DNA of 64,000 bases from the human T2T-CHM13v2.0 reference genome, Homo sapiens: assembly GCF_009914755.1 (NCBI RefSeq), contig NC_060935.1; one strand, given 5' to 3'. Positions within the stretch are counted from its first letter, which is position 1. Each line of letters opens with the position of its first letter. A program made the translations under genes and the position numbers. The notes under the pieces were generated by a model. The model saw only the letters and a list, made by a program, of their open reading frames with translations, did no database searches and had not been told where the DNA came from. This document shows positions 43,752 to 58,534 of this stretch, one piece after another.

Positions 43752-44200
43752 TTTCCCTCTGACTTTGGCAGCGGTCCGCTCATTATATAACCTTCCTGGA
43801 TGGGAGGAAGGACAGGCGTGCAGCCCGGCCCCTCGGTGCTAGAGCAGCTGGGACCCGGGGAGAGGTGGCGGGTGTCTGGGCACGGTGCACTTCCGAGCAT
43901 AGCTGGGCATGCCAGACCCAGCGTGCTGGTGACAAAGCCCACCCCATATTCTGTCTGTCAGCTGGGAACCAACTGCACGTAGACGGGCTGCTCTCAAACC
44001 CGGCTACCTCTCGCGGCGCGCGTCATGTGAGCCGGGCTACTCTGCTTTTGTGCTCAGGGCATTGAGGAAGAGGCACCGCGGAGGGTTAACGCGGATCAGG
44101 CGTCCTCGAGCTGGCAGCTGGGAGACGCCGGGAGGCATGAGTGAGCTCGAGCCCCAGTTATCCAAGGAAACTCGGGCTGGTGCTGGGCGCTCCATGCGCC
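43752..44200 (-). promoter_or_regulatory. Internal CpG-rich promoter/5'UTR of the Shank2A-type isoform
   Basis: CpG-dense, repeat-free patch directly upstream of the MKSLL ATG. Contains a TATATAA-like element (~43784-43790) and an E/M-box TCATGTGA (44023-44030). TSS not determinable. Confidence 0.7.
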
Positions 44201-44872
44201 TGTGCCTAAATATACTGCACTGTGCTTTTCTATTTTTTTAAAAAAAATTTTTTTTAAAGAAAAAGCCAAGTTTGTTTGTCAGCTAGCAGATGTGGTAAGA
44301 CAGACAAGGGGGAGGGAAGCGTACAAGTACCAGATAAGCTTCACACCAGACCCACGTTCCCCGGGCAGACATGGCCAGCATTCTGGAATTTCTGAACACG
44401 ACCTATATTTCTGTTCAAAAGAATCAGACACAAGTGCCCATGACTTCTCTGGCTCCCCACCCATCGAGGTAATTACCCTGGAAAAAACAGGACTCCACCC
44501 CCTCCTACTTTTTTTTTTTTTTTTTTTAAAGAGAGAGATAAAAAGACAATTAAACTGAGACCCTGCCAAGGATGGCCCCGATTCCAGGCAGCTGATAAAA
44601 GCGAGCTCTTCAGGGTCACTTTAGGCATTTCCTCAGCATTTCCAACCCAACAGAAGAAGAGAAAAGAGGAAAGCTGCCCCCTTGGAAGCCCTACATGGAG
44701 AAAGTCAGATTTATAAAGCAAACACAGAGAAGTGGATGCAGGCTGGTGCCCTGTGGCAGGTGGACAGTGAGTTATTTCTACACCAGGAGAAGGAGCTTCC
44801 TGAAGCTACGTGGAGCATCCAGGGGCAAGGTTCTGTTGCCGGATGCCTCTGCTGGGCTGTAATTTAGTGTGC

Positions 44873-44874
44873 TG

Positions 44875-44905
<31 letters not shown>

Positions 44906-44936
44906 CTGGTTGCTAAGAGAACTGCTTCAGAAATTT

Positions 44937-44980
<44 letters not shown>
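44873..44980. repeat. (TG)8-T17 and (CA)20 in inverted arrangement
   Basis: Visible directly in the sequence. Confidence 0.95.
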
Positions 44981-44981
<1 letters not shown>

Positions 44982-45247
44982 CCAGAGAAAGACGAGACAA
45001 GACGAGGAAAAAGCAACCAGAGCACTAAAGTTTAATTCCATATGGTTGACACACTTTGTGTCAATAAAAATGGCGGTGTGAGAACAAGAAGGCTGGGGGC
45101 CCCCCAGGAGCCTTTCCCTGAAGGCGTACCAGGGACGGGACTGCGGCATGCCTCGGTGAGGGCCTCTGGCTTTAGGGAGAGCAGAGACTGCCACAGAATC
45201 ACTGAGTGTACGCCCTATATCAGCTGAGCACCCGAACAGCATCTCTT

Positions 45248-45588
<341 letters not shown>

Positions 45589-48418
45589 TTAACTCACACA
45601 ACTCATGAGCCATGTCAAAACTCTGCCGGGGTGACATTCTCACCCTACCATGCATCACCGACTCATAAAACTGAGTCAAAGCCATTTCTAAGACTTGCAT
45701 TAAGAAACGGTTCTGAGGTCAGAGCCACCAGTGTGTCCCACAGAGTTCATGCACCTCCTCGGACACTCTGAGCAAGGCTGAACAGCTTCCAGAAGAACCC
45801 TCCTCGGATGCACAAAGCTTTCCCTGACTTCGGGAGGCCTGACGATGTGTCCTCCGGGTGGACCAGCCAGGGGGGCCAGAAGCTTTCCAGATGGTGAGTG
45901 TCTAGTTCATTGCCATGTGCTGGCCTGGCTGCCTGCCCTGGCTGGCGAGCGCTGGGAGGCTGAGACGGGGATGCCACCGTGTCCGTATTGGTGTGTACAG
46001 GGAGCTCCTCCAAGGCTGGGGGACCCGGCTGGTCGTGTGCTCAGCCACGTGAGCCCAGAGGACTCATCAAAGCGCAGGGAACTCTCGGGGAGACTCAGTG
46101 ACGCTCAACACCCCCTCCATCTGTCACTGATCGATTCCCTCCCAAAAGCACAGAGCCTCATCCCAAGCCAAGTTTCTGAGCCAATCACTGCTCCGGCGCT
46201 GCTGCCTCTGCGGCCTGCCATGGTGTGGGGAGAGCCTGCACGTTTCTGGGCTGGTGAGGCCAGGATGGCCCTTGGCCTGAGGCCAGCGGTGTCCTGTCAT
46301 CTTTGGCTGCCTTGCCGGCCACGGAAGACCTTGGGTGGAGGGTGTAAGGAAGAAGCCACCTCCCTGGGACCATGTGACAATCCTGCATCTGTTCTGACTG
46401 GTGGACCAGGCAGGGGACAAAATGGAGCCTTTTTCCCCTCACGGGGGCCTCCAATGTCAAATATGTCAAAGGACCAAGAAGAGGCCCTGCCCCATCTAAA
46501 CCAGAGAAAAACCCAGAACCTCTGGACGGGAGCCACGCAGCAGCACTCACAGCTGGCCCAGAAAGGACCCTCAGCGGCCACCGTCCGGTGCGTGTGCAGC
46601 AGCTGCTCCTGGAGGTGCATTTGCCCACAAGCAGGAGCCCAGGCAGGGGTTCCATGAACCCTGGGCTGCCCAGGGAGAAGGGAAGGAGCCTTCCCAAGAC
46701 AAGGCCCCGTCACCAGGAATACGGCTGGCTTCCACCCCTGGGGTCCCTCTGCCCCGCCCACCCCCACCCCTGCACCCCATGTCCCATCTGGTTTGGGGGC
46801 ATGCGCAGAAGACAGCCAGCCAGATCTGAAGACCCAGGCCTGCTTCTCAGCCTGTGCAGGGGTGAGGGGCGGGGCACGATGAGGCTTGGACACAAGACGA
46901 TTTGAGGAATCCAGGGAACACCCCCAGGCTAAAGGATCCCTTTTCCAGACACCTTCAATTCTTTCAATAAGCAGACAACTTTTCCCGCCCACACTCGGAG
47001 GAGGCTGAGTAAACCATTCACAAAGATCAGGAGCGGTGGTGGCTCCATCAGTCTCATGCACACACCTACTGAGTGCCCGGTCCTGGGCCAGGCTCTGCCA
47101 CACGGGGTCTTCTGGTCAACCCCACAGAAATCCTGCCAAGGGAGTTGGGCCATTCTTGACACCACTGTCCTGGCCATGTGGTAGGCTCTCCGTGGATAAT
47201 TCCAGCGACGGGGGACTCACTACCTTTGCACAGGGGTTCTCACTGTCAGACGCGGGCAGCAGCCTGTAAGAGCCTCCTTCCCCCACACCCACCACTTGCC
47301 CCCTTCCCTGGTGGGTGCAGACCACTTCCTCATTTGCCAAGAAGTCTGGCGCTGAAGGCACAGACTCTGCCCCGACAAACGCAAACCTTTGTGCAGCCTC
47401 CAGGGCAGTTTTCATCTGGTGTCCCCATCCCTGCCTTTCTGGGGGAATATTTATCTTCCAGCCCTGGGATGTGGCCATGGGAACATCAGCATTCCTCCTG
47501 CCCCTCGTTTTATGAGCATGTCCGTGGCCTGAAGCCTGCCCTGCCTGCCTGGCTGGGAGGGAAGTTCTGTGTGGACAAATGTTCCGTGTGAGTGTTTGGG
47601 GTCCGGGCCCTCCCAGAAATCCACACTTGGGGTTATTGCAGGAGACGAGCTCACCCCTGAGCCCCAGGTAGATGGTTCGCATTCTCCTGCCATCTGCACA
47701 CAGGCCCGGCCCTTCACCCTCCAAGCCACGGAGACCCAGAAACCTGCCACCGACCAGGTGACCTTGGAGAGCTGGGGAAGCAGAGGCGGGTGCACAGCCT
47801 CCCGCAGAACTCCGGGAATTCGCTAGCGCCCTTCCCATCTCTAAAACAAGTATTCCGAGGATGACCGAGCGCTAGTGGTTGAGATGAAAATTAAGACAAA
47901 GATAAAAGATGAAACTTAAAAACCCATTTTCCCTGGAGGCTTCCAGAGATCTTCTTCTCTGAGAAAAGCCTCAGGCTTTGGGAATGTCCCCGTGGAGCTG
48001 CCATCCTGGGTCCCTGAGACCAGCAGCAAGGCTGTCAGATGAGACAGACGAGGTTCAGAGAGGCTGAGCGCTAAGCTGCCCAGGGCCTGGGAAGGGTCAG
48101 ACATCCCTGCTGCACCCACATAGGTTTCCACGCATTGGAGCCCAAATGCCCACAGCATGGCTGAGCACTCCCTTCCTTCTGCCTTTAGACCCACTGTTCC
48201 TATAGGGGTCCTGCGTGGAGGGCCTACAACGACCCTGGAGGCTTGTGCCGGCCACATTCCTACTGAATGCAGATGAGGTTTTATTTCAAATGGATTTCAT
48301 TCTGGAAGAGGGAGAGATTGGAGGGGAAGAACTTCCAGGTGTGAGTTGGGCTGGGGGCAGGCGGGTAGCAGAGAGGGTGGCAATGTGAGTGGTTGGTGAT
48401 GAAGCTATCCACCTGCCT

Positions 48419-48539
48419 GCCTGCCCGCACACCCACCCGTCCCAAAACTCAGGCAAGCACCTTTTGAGTCTGTTTGTTGCCTGCCCGCACGCCCACCCAT
48501 CTCAAAACGCAGGCGAGCACCTTTTGAGTCTGTTTGTTG
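48419..48539. repeat. 60-bp tandem duplication (2 copies)
   Basis: Lines 48421 and 48481 align with few mismatches. Confidence 0.95.
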
Positions 48540-49099
48540 TCCATGGACAGATGAAAAACCAGGAGGAAAGAGGAGAGGGAGGCTCTGAAGTCAGAGTTTC
48601 CAGAAAGGAAAAGGGTCACCCCCAAATGAACCCCAAACTCTCAGCCACCCAACCTGGCTCTTCAGACACCAACTCAGCTCCACTCAGCCCAGTTCCAGTG
48701 CCTGGCCCTTGGTGCTTCGTGAGCCAGTGACATCCAAAGCCCCGTGCCCCCTTGCCTCCCTCCCTGCAGCCCCTGCCCACAGGCATCCCACAGACTCACC
48801 CCATACACTGCACCACCCCCTCAAACCCTGAGACTCACTAAGCCCTTTATTTGCCATGTCTTTTGACAACTGCCTGACAACGGACTGAAAATAATTTCAC
48901 TTCTTGCATAAAAAAAAAGCTCTTCACACATCAGAACATTTCAAGGTGCTCTGAAGTCCTGGCGGGGACGCCGTACCAGGTGTTATAAACATGCCAGCAA
49001 GACTCAGAGGTGCTCACGGGTCTCAGAAACATCCTCGTTCAGTGGCGATCAGACGCCCGCCTCCACTTGCTGTGGCTTCAGTGCCCATGTGGTTTGGAA

Positions 49100-49450
49100 A
49101 GAGCCGGACGTGGGAGTCAAGACGCAGGTTTGGGTGCTGACTCTGTATCATGCCCCCTGCAGCCATGGGCCGGTTGGACACCCCCTGACCCTCAGTTTCC
49201 CCATCTGTAAAGTAGGAATAGCACAACTTACCCCACAGGGTGGAGCCACCCGAGCTCGTGTTTGAAGCACAAAGGAGAGGGGCTTGGTGCACGCAACACC
49301 GTGGGGACACCTTTGGGGACAAGTCTCAGCTCTGTGAGCCCGGAGAAGTCCCGTGAGCTCTCTGTGCCTCTGTTTCCTAGTCTGTTTAATGGGGATATTA
49401 ATGGTGCCACTTCACAGGAGAGTCATAAGGATAAAGTAAGTTAATATTTG
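49100..49450. mobile_element. MIR fragments (two)
   Basis: 'cctcagtttccccatctgtaaa' and 'ctctctgtgcctctgtttcctagtctgt...atggggatattaat'. Confidence 0.65.
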
Positions 49451-50113
49451 TAACAGTAGTACCTGGAGGCAGTGTCGGTGATCCCTGAATGAATACATTT
49501 AAGTTTTAAAAAATCTGTAAGTGGATAGCAAGGCAATCCTCCTGCTTTGCCCTATCTCTATAATAAACAAGTCCTGGTCTATTGTTCACGATGCATTCAC
49601 ATTATCCTTCTGGGTGCTGCCTCCTCCAGGAAGTCTCCCTGACTGATCCAGGCAGCAGACAGACCACTCCTAAGGGCTCCCGTGGCAGCAGTCAGCCCTT
49701 GGGGCATGTTGTGGAGCCAGGAGCCTCCCAGCTTCTCAAAGGCAGGTTCCGTGTCCAGCCCTCCTCCCTGCCCTGCACACTGGCAGTGATCCCTAGTGCT
49801 CTGGAGATGAATGAATGAATGAATGGAGTGAATTAACAGAGGGGGTGAGTCCTAGCTTTTTTTCTGAGTGTTCCAGAGCACTTTACTAGGTTCACCAGGC
49901 TGCTCTCTAGTTGTGCTGCTCTCCTGAGGCCAGAAGCCACCTTCCTTGTCCAACTCCCACCCTACCCCCACCCCCTCTTCTGCCCAGGGCCTTGCATGTA
50001 CCCAGTGGAGGCCCAGGGAGGCTTGGGCTAAGCCACAGCCACGCTACCAGCTGCCCCAGACCCTGAGAAGGCCTGTACTGCCCCGCCTTGCCCCACGAGC
50101 AGGTGCAGCCAGG

Positions 50114-50270
50114 ACAGCATCCTTAGCGTCCTCACTGCATCTGCAGAGCAGCTAGGCTGTTGTCCTCAGCATCCTCACTGCATCTGCAGAGTGGCTGAGC
50201 CAGTGTCCTCAGCATCCTCACTGCATCTGCAGAGCAGCCTGGCCAGCGTCCTCAGCGTCCTCACTGCATT
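50114..50270. repeat. 43-bp tandem repeat, ~3.7 copies
   Basis: CTCACTGCAT recurs at 50131, 50174, 50217 and 50260. Confidence 0.95.
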
Positions 50271-51408
50271 TGGAGTTCCCTGCACCCCATGTCCTGCCTG
50301 GAAACAGTGAGGGCTCATCCCTCAGCTTCCCCAGCTGCTGTGGTTTCGAGTTCGAGCCCATCAGACACATGGGCCAGGAAGGCACTGATGCAGAAGGAGC
50401 AACTCACAGAAGCCGGCGAGTGTGGCACGGGGCTCCAGCACAATGTCAAGCTCCTGCCAGCGCCTCTGACTGTGCACAGCACCAGGTATTCCATACAGCC
50501 CACCTGTGGCTAGACGCCCCGACTGGCCACCCCGGCTGGCCGCAGTTCCCAGGCCTGGCTCTCCAGCCCTCTTGGAGCACAGTGACCGCCTGACATCTGT
50601 CAGAGTCTTCTGCCTCCTGCATCAACAAGCCAGGGTGGACTCTACTGCTGGTGACCCAGACCCTGACCGGTAGAGCCCGTGAGGCTGGGTCTCGGGCAAG
50701 AGAGCTGGGCATGCGACATCTCTCAGGGAGGCCTCTGGTCCAGGGACCCTGACAGCATCTCTGCAACATCTGCAGCTGGACTTTCTGGGTTCAAATCCCA
50801 CAAGGTAACTGTCCATGAGTCACAAAATGTCCCTGGACTCTGGATCCCCAAAAACAAAGCAAGCACAGTGATGATGGTCACTTCAAGGAGCTGCTCAGGG
50901 GGTTAAGTGCTTACTGGGTGCAGTACTTACGCACAGTGGGTGCTCAACAGAGGTTAGCTGTTGCCATCACGACCACGACTGAAGTTTGTTTATTATTGCT
51001 GACTGTTCATTATTGTGATTATTACAACAGCTTGTTGACGAGGGAGGTCCTGACAGGCATTCTCAGTCTCTCTGGGCAGCTCAGGTGGCTGCAGGCAGTG
51101 GAAGGCCATCAGGCCACTAGAGACAGGGTCCTGACCCAGGCCAGGACAGTGTTGTCTCCCCAGGACACTGCTTCTGTGTAACTCAGACCCAGGCCCTTCT
51201 GCCAGGAAGGAGCTCCAAGTTGATGAAGGCACAAGGGCCAGCTTTGAGCGTCACCTTCAACTTAAACCCTGGGCAAAACCCTGAGTGTGATCACAACCAA
51301 ACCAGAAGGGAAGAAAATAAAATGTTGGGATGTAGGAAGCAATGCCAAGAAAATTCCCAGGGTTCTGGGGCAGGGGATGCCCTGATATCCCGGAGATTTA
51401 TTAAGGCT

Positions 51409-51592
51409 CCACCCCATATTTCAGGGGGAGATGCAGGGGAGCACCTGAGCCTATTTCCACCTTAACACAAAATACACAGGAGGTGGCTCTAACTCTGGTC
51501 CCACCCCATATTTCAGGGGAAGACACAGGGGAGCACCTGAGCCTATTTCCACCTTAACACAAAATACACAGGAGGTGGCTCTAACTCTGGTC
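51409..51592. repeat. 92-bp tandem duplication (2 copies)
   Basis: ccaccccatatttcagggg...ctaactctggtc starts at 51409 and 51501. Confidence 0.95.
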
Positions 51593-52570
51593 AGACTGAA
51601 GGCCCATGGGGAGCCGAAAAAAGAAAACAAACTCTAGACGGTCTCAGTGGCCCACCAGCCCAAGCTCCACTTTATCTTGCAGAAACAAAGACTGAATGCT
51701 GAGAAAGTATGTATGCAAGAGCCTCAGCCAGCGGGGGCCAAGCCAGGAGCAGGGGTGGCAGGTGCAGGGCAGGTACAAGCTAGAGCGGGATTCTTCCTGC
51801 CCATCCCCCACCAGATCCAAAATAGCATCTCTTGTTTCTTTCCCTCGTAGCTTTAGATAACTGCAATTTAAATATTAGTAGGCAACATTTCTCCATCTCA
51901 CAATAATTGTTAAATGAATCATGCTTTTATAAATAACACAAGATATAAAAAGGCATCTCAGCAATAATGCGGGGTTATCTTTGCACAAAGAGGTAGGAGT
52001 CTGTGGTGTTTGTAATGTTCCCGTCACTGGAGTCATTGAGGGAAGCTTTGCTCCTGCAGGATCGAGGGAGGCCCGTGGAAAATCGGGGTGAGGGCACTGA
52101 GGAGCGGGCGTCGGAACCTCCCACAGGGTCTCTCTCCCTGGTTGGAGAGCTGAAAGGGGCTGGGGGTGTAACTCCAAGAGATACTACTCACCGGTTTTCT
52201 GACCCTGAATTGAGCTTTAGGGCCAAGAACATGGCTATTTTGGGGGGCAGCGGGGAGGAGCTCTGGAGGGTGAAGGTGGGTCTGACCACAAAGAGAGGTG
52301 AGGGGTTCCCAAGGTATATTCTAGAAGAATCACAGCCTCCAGACATTGCCTCCTCTGCCCTCCCTCCACGCAGCTCCAGCCTTGGCCACAGGCTCCCTGC
52401 AGAGCCACAGCCCCAGTGCACAGGACACTACTGTGTGCGGGACACACCTGAAGGAGGAGGGGTGGAGCCAAGGGGCGTGCAATGGCTTACGGGCAGCATG
52501 AACCATCACTGTGGTGGCCCTTCTGAGAGCTGAGTGACTGTGGATACCTGGGCCTCCCACAGGGGAAAAT

Positions 52571-52747
52571 GAGGCTTATGTGCTGAGACGTGCTCCGCCA
52601 GTTCTCGAGGACACAGGACGCTCAGTCAAGAGGCTCATGTGCTGAGACATGCTCCGCCAGTTCTCGAGGACACAGGACGCTCAGTCAAGAGGCTCATGTG
52701 CTGAGATGTGCTCCACCAGTTCTTGGGGACATGGTCCGCTCAGTCAG
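52571..52747. repeat. 59-bp tandem repeat, 3 copies
   Basis: gaggct(t/c)atgtgctgaga at 52571, 52630 and 52689. Confidence 0.95.
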
Positions 52748-54048
52748 GAATCACAACCAGGGGCCGAGGTGCAGGCCAAGTGGGCTGGGGGCTTATGGAG
52801 GACCCTGGGGCCAGGGTGATCTTGCACCATGAGAAGAGATGTCCAGTCCCTGGGAGGAACTAGAGCTGAGCTGGAGGACCCCTCTTGGAGTGAGCCATTC
52901 TCTTTCCACAGGACCTGATGGGGTCCTTTGTTCCAGCTTCTTATAAAAAGAATGAAATCTGAGCTTGGTGGTGGAAGATGTGAGTCCTGGGTCAGTCTCT
53001 GACTCAAGGCAGGGTTCTGGGACTCAGTTTTCTCATCTGTAGAATAGGGTGACCAGCCTCACTCTGCTGAGGTCTCATGAGGTCTCTGAGAATCCTACAG
53101 GCTAGACAAACCCAGGGAGGAGAAGCCTGGAGATCTAGGGGCAGAGTGGGCTCCCTCTCGGACCTCAGTGGAGGCTGGGGGAGTGGGCACCCCGAGCCCA
53201 CTGCACCCCGAGCAGGGCAGCAGCTCTCCCTGTCTCAAGCCACACTGGGGTGGGCTGCCCACCACCTCCTCTCCCATACAAGAGAGCCCACCAAGGTGCA
53301 GGAGGGACTCCTGAAATGTGGGTAGGAGTGTCGCTCCGTTTCCAGCCACAGACACCCTTTCACAACATGGCCTGCTTGCCCATGGGGGGCCAGGGGAAGG
53401 CCCAGCTCTCAGTCCTTAAGGGAGCGTGCCTGCTGCCTCCTCTTTCTGAGCGGCTGCACACTCAGAAGCAGCATGGCCCCTTAGCCCTGATTCTCAGGCC
53501 GGCTCCACACAGCTGCCACTGGGCACAGAGGGAAAGCTTGGGCGAGACTGGGGGTGAGGACAGTGCCCGCTTCCACCCTTGCTGCTTGAGACCTCAGGCA
53601 CGTGGCTGTGCCTGTCCGAGCCTGAGCCTGCAAGTTGGAGAAAGGATAATAACAGCAGCTGTCTCGAAGGCCAGCAGTTGTGCAAGTCAACGTTTACAAA
53701 GCGCCAGGTACGGAGGGAAAGGACTTCCCGTGGGTGGCCCCGGGTGCCACCCAAGGCCTGGACCTCTACATCGTTCCTGTTGCTCCCCCATGGGTAGACG
53801 CTGTCTGGAGGACCCTGCCTGCCTCCATCACAGCCTCTGCTCACTGTTCATAGGCTCCTCACCGCCTGGGCATTTGGTGCCAGACTGCAGATGCCAGGAC
53901 CACACAGAAAGAACCACTGCAGCTGCCCAACGCCTGGGTGTCTCAGGACACATTCAAGCACTAGGCCCACCCAGCAGCTCCCCTCACAGACTGACTTTCG
54001 TAAAGCAGCACCTGAGACCATCTGAGGCTGACTACAGTCACCAAGTCC

Positions 54049-54440
54049 TGTGGCCTGAAGGTTTACATCCCCTCCAAATTCATGTGTTGAAACCCTAACC
54101 TCCCATGTCATGGTATTTGGAGATGGGGACATTGGGAAGTAATTAGGGTTGGATGAGGTCAAGGAGGTGGGACCCCATGATGGGACTGGTGTCCTTGTAA
54201 GAAGAGACTTGAGAGTTGGTCGCTGTCTGTCTCTCTGTCTCTCCACCATGGGAGGGCTCAACCAGAAGGCTGCCGTCTGCAAGCCAGGAAGGGAGCCCTC
54301 ATCAGACACCCAATTAAGATCCAATCAAGGCTGGCACCTTGATCTTGGACTTCCCTCAGAACTTCGAGAAAAATGTTTCTGTCGCTTAAGCCACCAGTCT
54401 ATGGTATTTTTTGTTAAAGTGGCTGCAGCTAATGAAGACA
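54049..54440 (+). mobile_element. MLT1A-like MaLR solo LTR
   Basis: 'ccaaattcatgtgttgaaaccctaa', 'gcaccttgatcttggacttcc', 'taagccaccagtctatggtatt...aagaca'. Confidence 0.85.
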
Positions 54441-54559
54441 CCAGGCAGACTGAGCATGCCACTGCCCCCTTACAGGCCACTGCCCCTTACAGGCTTCCAG
54501 GGGACTTACGCCATTGTCTCTGCTGCTCCTGCTCCTCCAGATGCTCCCTCACCCACACG

Positions 54560-55300
<741 letters not shown>

Positions 55301-55539
55301 TAAAAGGAAGGCACGTTCCTACCTCCCACCCTGGACTTGTATGGTGTTTGCCTCACCGTGTGAAATGTCTTCCCACCATGAACACTGCCTCCCTACAACT
55401 GGGGCCTTCTGGAAGACCTGGGGCAGGGGAGGGGCCTTCACACAGTTTTCTATGCTCAGGACACAACAGAAGACCCCGCACAAAGTGGGAGCTTATCAAT
55501 ACATGTTCTGGTTATCTTAGGTCCTTGTGTGCCTGCTTC

Positions 55540-56358
55540 AACACTTGGGTTGTTTGATGCTGCTTCTAACAATTGTGGCTTCCTTTGGTTGCACATTGCA
55601 TTTTCCTTCTCTTCCTAGCTAGTAATTTCTGATTCTATGCTGGTCATTGTGTTTGTTATGTCGGAGAGACTCTAGGTTCTGTTATCTTCCTCTGAGGTGT
55701 GTTTAGTTTTTCAAGTAGGTAGTAAAACTATCAGTGCAATGCCTTGCCCCGTGGAGGTGCAATCTGAGGCTTTGTTGGGGGAGTCTCTGTTGATTTGGTC
55801 CTGGGATGGAGTCCTGACTCCTAGGGCCCCTCTGTGGCTCCAGCTCTGGATGTTTATCAAGCTCCTCTAACATGCTGGGACTCAATTCTATACTCTATCT
55901 CTCCTGTGGAAGAAATTACTGAAGTCTCCCCAAGGCACTTGGGCTTTTAGCTACTGTTTTCCACTGAGCCCCTGGACTCTCACTCTGCACAGGCCGATTC
56001 AACAATCCAAAAGGAATTTATGTGTAGACTTCAGGGCCCTCCACTTTCCAGGATTTCTATTGACTTCCAGTCTCTCAGGCAACTCTGACCCCAACCTCCA
56101 ACCCCTGAATCCACAACACAGTAAGACTCCAGTTTATGTCAGGGGAAATCTAATTAATGTGGGCCTTACAAGGGTGGGGGGCCCCTCTTCTGTCAAGGGT
56201 CCCAGCATCTCTAGTTCTGTCTGCTTTTGGCCACTTGCCCAGGCCTAGAAGCAGCTGGTGTTGGTGTTTATATAGAATTTGTCCAGCGTTTGCCACTGTA
56301 ATTAACAGGAGGGTTAGTCTGACATGAGCTGCTCCATCACTATGGGAAAGCAGAAGTC
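55540..56358 (-). mobile_element. Ancient L1M 5' region
   Basis: T-rich diverged sequence ending 'agggttagtctga...gctccatcac...gcagaagtc', resembling old L1 5' ends. Confidence 0.5.
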
Positions 56359-58230
56359 ATGGGCTCATCAATACATTTATAATTATATTTAATACAACAC
56401 ACTTGCGGATATTCAGTAAAGTGGGGGAGAAGTCATCCAATAGGCTCCTTCAAATTACTTTTTCATTCTAAATAAAACTAAGGACAATGGTAAAACATGT
56501 GGGCTCCAGAACTCAGACCATGTGCTTGGAGGTGTCTTGGTTGCTTTATTTGGTAACTCAGCCTAGAAAGCCCTCAGGGAAAGGGCGGGTCTGGGCCAGT
56601 GGCCCTCCCCACCCCACTCCACAGCCCGTGGTATCCGGCAGCCAGCGCAGTCTCCCCAGGTCTGGAGGCAACACACACCCCCCTGGTAGAGAGGGCGGGT
56701 ACGTCAAAGGAGAGAGGGGAACAGGATGTGCTGGGACCACTGACTACGTAAGCCAAAAAGTCCTGAGCAGACAGGAGGTGCAGCCTTCCTGTGCCACTGG
56801 GCTCCTGGACCTGGACTTCCTTATACCCCATCAGGAAAGGACCACAGCCTTGGAGGGGGTTTATTTCAATACAAGAATCCAACTTTTGTAAGGTTTGAGT
56901 ACCTCCAGGAGGCTGGAAGTGAAGGTGGGTTGAAGGGGAGGTCCCTTTTTAGATCGAGGTGTCCCCGGTAAAGCTGCCAGGCCGCCCTGGAAAAGGAAGC
57001 ACTCACCAGGCGGCTGAGTGAGGCTGGTTCTCCACCTCAGTTCTTCACCTAGTTAGCGAATCCAAATGCACATTTATATTTTGGGAACTAATTAAGGCTC
57101 AGTGACTGATTTAACCTTCAAATAAATTCCTCCCAGGGCCGAGCTGGCAGCATAGTGAATATCAGGCACCACATCTGCATCAAGAAAACCTCAAAGTCTA
57201 GGAAGAACCAAAACCCAAAGGGAAGGGACATGGAGAGGAGGGAATGTCAAGCGTGAGGTGGGCTCGGCCGGCCAGCAGCTATGCAGCCCTGGGGCTGAAG
57301 GCAGAGGGCGTGGGGCCCACCGGCTGACTCCCCACATGGTGACGGCGTACAGTCTGGGAAGAACAGTGTGAGGGGCTTTGAGGACTCAGGCATTGTCACG
57401 GTCACAGCTTCCCAGGCAGTGAAAGCCTCACTGTGATCGCCACCTCAATGTCAAAGCCAACCAGAGGTGTCCCGACTCCTGGACAGGGAGGTAGTTGGGT
57501 GGGTGCCTCGGAGGGCAGGTGAGAGCTCACCTGGCACACTACAGAGCATGAGGCAGAGATGCCCAAGGGCAGGTCCGCAGACCCACCTGCGTGTTCTGGG
57601 TGCTACCTCTGCCTGGCTGGGAGTCCCAGCTCCCTGGAGCCTCAGTTTCCCCATATATCAAAAGGAGACTAGAATGCACCCCAAAAGTCCTTCAGGCTGC
57701 AAGATCCCCCCTCTCAGCTCTGAGGAGCATCCTTGTCTGGGAGGAGCCCTCAGAGGAGCAGAGTGTCCATGGGCCTGACTCCTGGGATTCTAGGGGCATT
57801 AACTGACACAAAAGGTGGAGACCTGGGAGGGGAGCCCTCTCCCTCTGAACTGTCCACAAATAAAAGGGCACACAGCGGCAGCCACATACTGTAGCTCAGT
57901 GGCCAAGGAGAGTTCTTGGGACCTCAGCTATCAGGGCAGGGCTCTTCCAGGAAGTGGGAGCCTGGGGAGGGCTGGGGGGCCATATCGGGAGGCTGGAGCC
58001 TGCAGACTCAGGATCTCCCTCCTGGGTGCCGAGGACAGGGACAAGGAACTGCAGTGGGGGTTCTCATGCTGCAGCCATCCCAGCACCGGGCACTTCTAAG
58101 AGATGCTGATGAGGCCACCCCCAGCCATCAAGACTTGACTGTGTTTCACTGGAGCTTGATAAGACTTCACCTGAGAAACACTCTGGCTGGCTCTGATCTC
58201 TTCCAGAGGTGTATAAAACATATAGGAATA

Positions 58231-58534
<304 letters not shown>

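Noticed and set aside
45845-47838. Overlapping 240-270-aa ORFs (and 53250-54098)
   Set aside because: No recognisable homology; expected by chance at this GC content.
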